Below, piece after piece: positions 1 to 9,800 of a stretch of DNA of 64,000 nt. Each line of letters begins with the position of its first letter. Position 1 is the first letter of the stretch. The position numbers and the translations under genes were made by a program. This DNA comes from an uncultured virus (IMG/VR IMGVR_UViG_3300008108_000012) (taxonomy: Duplodnaviria > Heunggongvirae > Uroviricota > Caudoviricetes): IMG/VR virus record IMGVR_UViG_3300008108_000012. One strand, written 5' to 3'. The notes under the pieces were generated by a model that did no database searches, was not told the DNA's origin, and saw only the letters and a list, made by a program, of their open reading frames with translations.

Positions 1-506
1 GGCGGGGTGACGATTGGGTCACGCTGAATGGTACCGAACGAACCAGGTGTTCCTGATGGAAGTGCTGAGTAAACGTCCTTGACGCCGTAGTTTGTCAGTG
101 ACAAACCAGCCTGCCAAGGCGAAATCATGTTTGCACCATTCTTGCCACCCTGAAGTGACTTGAACTCTGGGGATTCGGTGAACATTTGACCAATTGACTT
201 GAAGCCCATATCGCGAGCTGCTTCGTATAGTGCATTTTCTGCACTCTTGGCGTTGTATTCAACTGCGACAGAGTTACCCTCTTCGCGGCTCCATCCGTCA
301 ACATCCTTCATCTGCTCTAGGCCATCGATGAGGCTGCGGATTTCACGGATGTCGCGCATGTTTGAATCGAATGCGGACTTTTGTTCTGAAGACACAACAA
401 CTGTGCCATCTTCAACCTTGAACGAATCAGCAATTGACTTGTTCTCGGCCATTTTTGTTCTGAGTGCGCCTTGTAGTTCGCGTACTCTTGCTTCGTCGTA
501 AGACAT
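1..506 (-). CDS. Major capsid protein, HK97-type, 5' part only (runs off window start)
   Basis: Not in the ORF track; translated by hand. ATG at 506, AAGGAGA RBS at 514-520, open to the window edge: MSYDEARVRELQGALRTKMAENKSIADSF...MGFKSIGQMFTESPEFKSLQGG...YGVKDVYSALPSG. Has a coiled-coil delta-domain-like N-terminus and the KSxGxxFxES motif of HK97-family capsids. Lies at the end of the portal-protease operon. Confidence 0.8.
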   Translation of the reverse strand, partial: MSYDEARVRELQGALRTKMAENKSIADSFKVEDGTVVVSSEQKSAFDSNMRDIREIRSLIDGLEQMKDVDGWSREEGNSVAVEYNAKSAENALYEAARDMGFKSIGQMFTESPEFKSLQGGKNGANMISPWQAGLSLTNYGVKDVYSALPSGTPGSFGTIQRDPIVTP

Positions 507-649
507 TTGTCTTTCTCCTTAGAAAGTTTGGATTTTTGGAATTTTGGGTCAGATACATCTGCTTAGGTAAGCACCCAGCTCCTGTTTCCTGATACCTAAT
601 GTACCAAACCTAATATCTGTTGTAGTGGAAGTATTGCAAGAAAACAGTA

Positions 650-835
650 TTAATTTGGAACTTGTAAAGCGTCGCCAGATTTAGCTAAATCGTTGGCAGC
701 AAAGCGCATTCGCCAGTACATGGCGATGTTTTCTGGAGTTTGTTTGACACCATACTTAGACATATCTTCATCTCGTATTGCAGCAAGATAAATCTTTTCA
801 ATGTCATCGGAAAGAATGTTGTTTTCCATCGTCAT
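650..835 (-). CDS. Small hypothetical protein (61 aa) coupled to the 3927-aa polyprotein
   Basis: ATGA overlap at 832-835 with the stop codon of the giant ORF. Confidence 0.65.
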   Translation of the reverse strand: MTMENNILSDDIEKIYLAAIRDEDMSKYGVKQTPENIAMYWRMRFAANDLAKSGDALQVPN

Positions 836-3800
836 GCACCTTTTCTTAAAATGTTTGTGACGTTGCCTGTTGTCATTCTGGCTACGTTCACTCCGTCAGG
901 AATTGGCATTGTGTTGATTATTTCTGCAATTTCTTTATGGGTCAAGTTCGGTCTTGATTTAATCAAACGCTGTACTTCTCTAATTCGTTTGTCAACAAAT
1001 TTTTGTGTCAAGCTTTTTTTAATTTTTCTAGCCGTTTGTTCTTTGTTGGGAAGGCGGTAGCTCTCGAGAATCCCAGCCTTACGCATGCGCGTCAACCGTG
1101 CTGTCCAATCTGTACGGTCCATAAGTATGTCGTACTCGTTCCGTAGCGCCTCTAGGGCGTCGGCGACCTGTAGACCGCGACCGTAAACATCCAGTATGGC
1201 GTCCTGTACGTCTTCCTTGGAGTATCTATCTTTGTCGTAGCGCGTAGCCATACTCCCGGATATTTGACCGCCAGAGTTTTCGGGAAGACGGCGCACAAAC
1301 TGGTTTACGAACCTGGCTCCCTCTTCTGAATACCGCTGCTGCCTTAAATCGACGTTGTAACGCTTAATTGCTTCAGACAGAAGGGTGCTGGCAATGCCCT
1401 TACGTTTTGAATCTGGAGAAATAAAGATGTTTACATTTCCTTTTTTCTCAAGAGGAAGGTCTTGAGGGTAGTGGTAAACAATTCCTTTTAATATTCCTTT
1501 TTCATCTCTCCACAGAAGACAGTCAACCCATTGTCCAGGCTGGAGACCGTTGCCCGTTCCTTTGAAATACGAAAATCCGGGAGGACCTTTTTTGTCAAAC
1601 TGAGAAGCTTGCCCCTTGAATGGCCATGGCTCTCCACCAAGACTTTCTTTTACGTCTTTCCATGGTTTGCCTCTATATTTAGGAGCGTTTCGCATCTCTC
1701 TTCTGCTGTTGAAAGACTCCCAGCCTTCTGCTGGTTGAGTTATTCGACCAGATATTGAGCCACCCATTCTGCCGGAAACGGATACGGGTTCAACAGCACG
1801 TCTGTAGCGAATTCTTGTATCAGGAAGTGTTACGCCATCGTCTTCCCATGCCAATAGCTCTTCGGGGGTAACGCCTTCACCAAACTTGTCTTTGCGCGAC
1901 TTTTTGATAAGCGCCCTAATTTCATCCCGGGTTTTTCTTTCAGAATCGCCTAACTTTCCTCTAAAAATATCGTTTACTGATTCAGAAAGTTTTTTCAGAA
2001 ATTTGTTTTTTGCATCCTCGTCGTACCAATAGTAACCGTTGCGCGGCCAGTGTGATGCTCCAAAGAGTCCTTCTGGGCTGTAATTATCTCCGTACAAAGA
2101 TATTTCTGATATGCCCAATTCTCTGTATATTTCTTCGTTTCGCGCGTTTAGTGCGGTTCCTATACCGAGTCCCTGTTGTTGAAATTTTACTACCATCCCC
2201 TTGTGTTCTGCTTCTGCTGAATTGTCGTCAAAGTACAAAACCCTGTCAAAAGATGCAAGGCTATTGTTATCGTTAAGTTGACTTGGATTGGTCCCTAAAT
2301 GTTTGGGGAAAACCAGTCCAGATATTTCTATGCGCGTTTTGTTTGCTGGGATGGTATAGCCACCCCTGTCATAACCTCCGTCGCCGGTGTTGGTTACCTT
2401 CACGTCTATAGGAATTACATTGAACTCATTGCCTCTGTTTGTTTTTGTTCTGTCTATGTAGTCTTTATTCCCAACTATTACACCGGTAAAAGCTTCCTTC
2501 ATTGCTTTTTTTATTTCGCTGTATTTGCCTTTATTTGCAATAAGCTGTCTTGCTTTTCTGGCTGCAGACCTCTCTCTGCCTGAAATAGCTTGATTTTCTG
2601 CAGATTTCTTTATACCGGCACTTGACATTCTTCCGGATATGTCACCGTTTTGTGCTGCCCAGATAATGATGTCCATCGGGAGCTCTTCATTTTCAAATGC
2701 GTCCATTGCTCCAGGTGTCTTGTTCAAAACATCTTTAACAATTGATTGCTGTGCTGGGGTAAGTGATTTCCATGTTGACTCAAGCGCGTCATCTGATACA
2801 AAGTCATCAATTTTCTTTTCAGGGGAAATCAGAGGTCTTGATGAAGGTTGTACCGGTGGGCGATATTGCATGTTGGGGTCAATTACGCCAGTTGTCACGA
2901 CGTTGAATATTCTGTCTTTTGACATGTCGGAGCTGCTAGCTATATCTTCTATCGACTGGCCGGCATCGAATGACTCTATTGCCTTTCCTTCTGGGCTTTC
3001 TGCCGCATATCGGTTTTGGAACAGACGCGCAGTTGGGCGTCCACCTCGCTTAACTTTCTGAGTAGCTTCATCAAAATCAGCATAGACATATGCGTCTTCA
3101 TGCTTAATTTCAAGAGGGCTTGAAGCTGATGGCTTGGAAGCAAGAAGGCGACGAGACGATATATCTGTCGAATCCCATAGGTAAAATTCGTCTGCTGCTT
3201 TTGCAACAGATGGCATTATTTGCCTATTTCTTCCCATTACAGCGCTGTTGAAGTGTCCAGGAAGGCTACGTGGGTCTGTTAAGGAGCGGCGTTCTAGTGA
3301 TTCCGCAAGCGCATCTGGCGTTGCCGTGTTGTAGTGCATGACAATGTCGTATCCGGCTGACCTGGCTGCTTGCAGAGTTTCAAAACCAGAGTTGTATTGT
3401 CCAGTTGAGTCGTATACAACGTCAAGACCCTGAGATATCGCTTCTTGCAGTGCAAGGTCCGCTATTACACGTGATTCTTCGTGAACAGCATTCGCCCACA
3501 TTGGGTTTCCGGCAGCATGAAGTGCTCTTGCCTCGGGTAGAAGGGTTTTTATTTCATCAGCATCAACATGGAGCGCAAACCCTGGTGTTGGGATATTGTG
3601 AGCGCCGGTTTTTCTGTCTGTAGTCTTGCCTGAACCAGCTGGCCCACCAACTGAAACAAATTTACGCTTTCCTCCAGTAGGGCGTTGTACTCCTGCTACC
3701 AATGCATCAATAATGGGGCGATAAACGTTGTCGTAGCGATACTTGCTGACATTTGACTTTCCGCCAAATGTTGTGGTTACTTCAACAGATGGTTCGCCAA

Positions 3801-6800
3801 TGTTGGCTTTGTAAACATCAAACGTAAGTTTTGGATGCTGTTTCGTAAGTTCAGATTGGTCATATGAACTAGGAAGATTTTGCAATCCAAGACGTTTTTG
3901 AACGCTGTCATCAAGAGGAGGGAACGACGATGACATGCGACCCGATATTGAACCAGGAGAAGAGCTCATTGATGGGCCACGCCCACCACCGGTCATTCTC
4001 CTGATTAGCTCAGCTAGCACTTCTTCGTCAGTTGCATCCGGACCAAGGTCACGCCTAACTTGTTGTTCTACGAAGTAGGCATTAGCAGGGCTACCTGAAG
4101 TTGGATTAAATGGCCCACGAGGTCCAGAAGATGGGCCAGGTCCTCCTTGTCCATCGTCATCAATCTCACCGTCACCACCAAGGTCTCGCGTACCTCTACC
4201 CTCACCCCATAGAGCACTTCCTGCTGGGCGTGATGGCTGTATGCCGTGGCGAGTCCAGTCTGACCATTCGTCAAATTCTTTTTCGACCCATTGGCGTTGC
4301 GGGAACACGGTTGACTGAGTAAACGGAGCGGTAGGCCAGTCGTCTCTATTTGCGTTATGCCGCGGCCATAGGCGACCCTTATCGTCATATAAATATAGGT
4401 CTTGGTCTGTGTATTGACTTACGTCAATGTCATCGTCAGCAATGTCTGTGTTATTTGGTCTCGCCGAAGAAGATTGGCGTGAAGTTCGTCCTGCTCGCCA
4501 TGAATCGTATTGGTTTCTTAACCTGCTATTGCTTAGTGTTTCCCATGCGAATCCAAGTTCTTTGAATTGCTCAGTAGCATCTGGAGAATTGTTAACGTCT
4601 GGGTGAAGCACGCGAGATTTAGCTCTAAAGGCTTTTTTTAGCTCTTCGTCTGTTGCTGTTTCCGAAACTCCAATTATGTCGTATAGGTCTCTAGATTGAG
4701 CCCACTGTCTCGGGTTTGACATTCTCCCGCTAATGGAATTGTTTTCCTCGACAGCATTTAGGAATTCAAACATCTCATTATCGCCAAGCGGCATGTAGAA
4801 GCCGGCATTTATATATGCCTGGCGACCCTTTGGCGTGTTCGTTTTGTATGTTTCCATCAGCTCTGGGATGTTCCTATGGCGCTGCCATTCAGGACTGTCT
4901 GGCTGCCACATTCTCCATGGCCAAGATGCGGATTCAATCATTTCATGCATGTCGAGAGAAAAATCAATCATTTCTCTCTTCATCCACAAATCTTCCATCA
5001 AAGATTTGCGAGCTTTATTCATTGCTCGCTTAGCAATTTCTTCTCTATCTCCTGAAAACCGTGAGCCTGACTTTCGTGCGGCATCCACGACAGCCTCTAG
5101 GACAGATTCATCTATTGTCCTTTTTATGTAAGCACCGAGCGCCGCCATTTTGTCTATGCCTTCTTGCCCTCCAAATACTGGATGCATATAAGCCGACGTA
5201 GATGAAAGATTCTGTATTTGGTCTCTCATTTCCTGGCGAATATCTTTTACTTTTTCGCGCAAAGCAGACATAGGGGATGTCATGTAAGAACGTTTTTCTG
5301 CGTTAAATTTGTTAGCGCTCTTTGCTACGTCTGACATTTTGCCAGATATTGCCCTAGTTGCCTTCGGTGGATTTTTTTCGAACAAGAATGACGGAGAAAT
5401 CCACTCTTTAGGTATCGCCTTATATATGTTGGCGTCAAAGTTTCTTGAAAGAGGAGAAACTCCGGATTCCATATGCATTTTACGCATTGCCGAGTTATAC
5501 ATGCGTATTGCAGCTTTCTTCGGCATGTTTGTTCTTTCGGAGAATTGGAATATATTTTCTCCGTCCGACAAGCGACGCATCATTTGAATTTCACCAGCGT
5601 TCAATGCTGAACCAAACTGCGAAATTGATTGTTTGATTGCTGCTCTCTCTAGAGGAGCATTTGAATTTTTCCATCTGGCGTATCGCTTTACTATGCCATC
5701 GACCATTTTTTCGGTCATGCCAAGGTCTTCTGCTATGCGGTTTAGTGGCTGCTTGCCATGAACATAACGCATAAAAATATCTTGTTCTGCAAATAAGGAT
5801 TCTGGATTTGAAGACCATGCACCGGCAGACTTAAACATTTTCGGGTTGCGAGCTTTTAGGTTGTCTATTATCGATGCTTCTACTTCCCCGTATCGCTCCA
5901 CCGACATACCCATAAATTTTGCTACAGAGGCACGCGATGCTCCATGTAGTCGCTGCACCATCGCCGCTTTTTCTGCTCCAGAAATAAAAGAATCATTCAT
6001 AATTGCTTTGCGCAATGCTGCATTTATGGCCGGCTCTCTATTGCCGATTGAAGACTCTACTTTTACAACAACATCCATTGCTTCCGTAAAAGATATTTTG
6101 TTCTTTTTTGCCAAGTCTCTAATTGAGCCTCCGCTGGATATCATCTCGTCAAACATTTTTCGCTCTGAAGCTGAAACATTGTCTGAAGTTTTAGACAACT
6201 GTATTCCGCTATAGAGAACGTAACGATTTATATCCTCTTCACTGACGCCATTTTCTTGGCGCAGCTTATTTTTTATTTCGTCAGACGACATGCCTCTTAA
6301 GTGCATGTCGTTCATGTTGTTTTCAAACCCTTCACCCATGCGTCCAGATATTGACGGACCAAAATTTGAACCAACTCTGGATAGACGGTTTTCACGGGTT
6401 CTTTCTACGTCCGCGGCAATAGATTCTGGAGTTACCTCTCTGCCCATTAGCCTCATGCGGGATATTGAGCCGAGCCTCATCATGTCGTCTGATGGAGCTA
6501 GTTCCCAAGCGGAATATGAACCAAGGTTTTTTTCGTCAAAAAGTTTTATCTTGTCGGCTTTTGCTCTGCCTTTATTCAGTTCTTTGCGCCAGCTGTTTGA
6601 AATTTCAATTAGTTCTTTATTCCTAGCACGCGTTGCTCTTTCAACACGGTCTAAACCTGTTCTTAAACTTTCGTAGTCAGGACCATAGTTTGCCGGGTCA
6701 TCAACTTCCAGAGCCATAGCGTTCTTAATCCACGCGACATGTCCGAACCCGATTGGAAGTTTTCCGTCCGCTATATCCTGAACAGGGAACCATTGCGCTC

Positions 6801-9800
6801 TCAGCGCGTCATCTCCAGCCTTAAAGGCAGCGTCTGGAGATACAAACAACGCAGTACCACTGACCTCTACGCCTTTTGTAAAGCGCACATCCCAGTCTGG
6901 TGCTGTTATTGTTCCTATCTGCTTAACGCGCGCATCTGTCGGACTTACTTTTAGTCCTACTTCCTCTTCTAGTTCACGCAATGCTGTCTCTAGTGCGGTT
7001 TCGCCAGGGTCAGCAAACCCTCCAGGGAGAACCCATGCACCGGTATCGTCTTTGTGTGGACCGAACGCTCTTTGTATAAGAAGAACCATTAGCGCCCCCG
7101 TATCAGGGTCGCGACTAAATATTGCCGTATCTGACGCTTTCTGTGGGACGCCCTTATCAAGGTCTAGTGCATATTGGTTAATTTTGCCTTCAATAGTGTC
7201 GTAAACAGTGCTGCGTATGTCGCTTATCTTGTGTGAGTCCAGCGTCATAAAATCACGCAATTCATTACTCACGCCGTTAGCAATTAGCTCCTGAATCTCA
7301 GGCATTTGCTCCCATGGACGAGGATAATTTTTAGATATAACGCTTGTTTCTGCGCCCTTGGCTTTTTCACTGGCCAATAAACCTAATTCATCTGATTTGA
7401 AAGGTCCGTCGATAACATTTTTTGTATCTGCATCTACAAGATAAAGACCTTCTACTGGCTTAAAAACGCTGTCTTTCAGAGTTATTTGTTCAAGCTTGTA
7501 GTTCTGCTTTTTCTTGCCCCTGAAAGGCGAGGTCATCCGGAAACTATTTCTAGCTGTTAAATATTCTCGCTGCCATCTCTCAGGGTTGTATCTTGCAACT
7601 CTGCTAGCGTTGCTTAGCGTTCTCCTCAATCCCATCTGACCAGAAATCGTTGGTCGCGTTGCATCCATAGACGAACGGAATGCATTTATTATTGCTTCGT
7701 CTGGGGAGACGGTGGAAGCACCGCGTGTTCTGTTCGGCAGCGGTGCAGTCACATCTTTTGATACGGCAACGACAAAGTCTGGATTTGAGTAGAGGGCTCT
7801 AAAGTAGTCTTTCTCCACCGGTGATAGATGTTTAAAGTAGTCAACGTTCTCGGGGTTCATTAATGCAGCAAATGAATGCTCATTAGATGCTCCAAGGAAC
7901 TTCCCACTTCCTCCAGAAAATGCCGTCCTCATTGCTCTTGTAATTGGCATTTCGTCAGAATCGTAGCCAAGCAGCATTGATGAAGGTTTGTTTTTGCGGC
8001 GTCCCGAAACAAGTACGCGAGCTGCTTTCCGTGAATATTCATCGTAAAGGTTCGGCCCACCGCTTCGCATGAAGCCAGATATTCCCATGCCTCGACCCTC
8101 TTGCCGCGCCCCCTCTATGGTTCTTTTTACTTCACGAAGCTGCTGGACTCGAGAATCTGCTGTTCTTGTTGCATACGCAGTTGTTCCAGCAAGACCTTCG
8201 TTTCCGTATTTACGTGCGTGAAGCTGATGAGCCTTTAGTGTTCCCTGCAGCGGACCTACATATTCGCGAGTAATTTCACCATTTTCGTTTCGCTCGATGT
8301 AACCCCAGTTTTGTCTCCACCAGCGATATATGCGGTTAGCATGGCGTGCCCGACTTATTTGTGTTGGGTCATAACCTTCATCAAACGCCTGAGGCCATCC
8401 CCTCGTGTCGTCGTCAGTTACTTCGCCAGTGTATGGCTCCTGATAGAGGGCTTTTGCTCTACGGCTTGGGCTGTCAGTTATGGTCCCATCTGGTTCCATA
8501 AATATTGCGCGACGAGCGGTTGGAACAGGATATGACTCAGCAAGGTCAAGAGCGGCTTTTCTTAACCGAGCATCATGTCCGCGTTCAATTCTGTATGCCT
8601 GGTCAGCAAACCATTTCTTTCTTTCTGTTTCTTCAATCAGACCATCAATAGAGCTAATGATTTGTTGTGGGCTTTGGCCGCTAAATAGACGGGTTAGGTC
8701 GTCACGCAAGCGCTCAAGCTGGCTTCTCCTAAACGCCTCTTGACGCGCTGTATCAGAATTGAAAGCCTGGTCTGCTGCATTGAGAAGTTTTGTTACATCT
8801 GAAGTTTTGATGTTGTTATCTATTGCGTACTGTGTTGCTGCAGCTTTAACCAAGTCACGCAAATCAATTGGCTGAGGAGGCCTATTTGTGTCCGGCTGGT
8901 CTGCACCAAAAATAATCAGTTCATGGCTTATTTCTTGCGGAGTTCTTCCTGATTGAAGAAGGTTCCAAACCTGCTCTCGAGCTTTGCGAGAATCTTGTCC
9001 AGTTCCCGTAACGTAAAGCTCGCGGGCTTCCTTTGCAGCCTCTACAAACTGGTTCTGTAGCTGTAGTGCACCCCAGTCGTCATAAACACCAAGTGCTGGG
9101 TCATACTGGCGACTTGCAGTTGCATAAGAGCCTTTTGACGATGCTTGTTTTCCTTGTTTATTTAGAATTCGCTGGAACATGCGCAATGCAGAGTCCCAGT
9201 TGATGTTCCTTGGTATAAAAGGTATGCCCTTGCGAAGTCTTGGTCCGCCCGGGTCGGAAAGTCCAACTCCATCACCTTGTATTCCACCAAGGTTTGGTGT
9301 TGGCATCTGTCCTGAGCTTGATGGGGTCGGCGGCATTGTTCCCATTGCTTGTCCGACAAAATAATCAATTAATTCGGGCGGGAGGTCAATGTATCTTTGG
9401 TCGATATGACCGTTGTGTGGGTCTGTCCACTCACTTGGCTTTAGTATTTCGAGAAGGTCAGCTTGAAACTGTTTCGGCGCATACTTGAGAATCAATTCTT
9501 CTAGTTCGTCAAGTGGGATTAGGGTTACGCCGTCGTCTTCGACGTTGTCCGGGTGTTGAGCCCACGTTGCTGGGTCGTCGGTTACGCCAAGCTCTTCGGG
9601 GGAACCGTGTTCTGTGTTCCATACCCAATCTTCATCGAGAACACCAAACTCATCACGTATTGGGCGCTCAGGCTGCGGTTCTTCAAACTCTTCGTCTTCT
9701 TCTGGCTCTTGAATCCATCCTGCCTCAAGACCAACCTGTGTCCATTGCTGATACTCTGCATTCAAAGCGTCTATGGCGTCTTTAGCTTCTAGTTCTCCGC

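Noticed and set aside
199..501. 100-aa plus-strand ORF in the track
   Set aside because: It is the antisense shadow of the major capsid gene, which has a strong RBS and family motifs.
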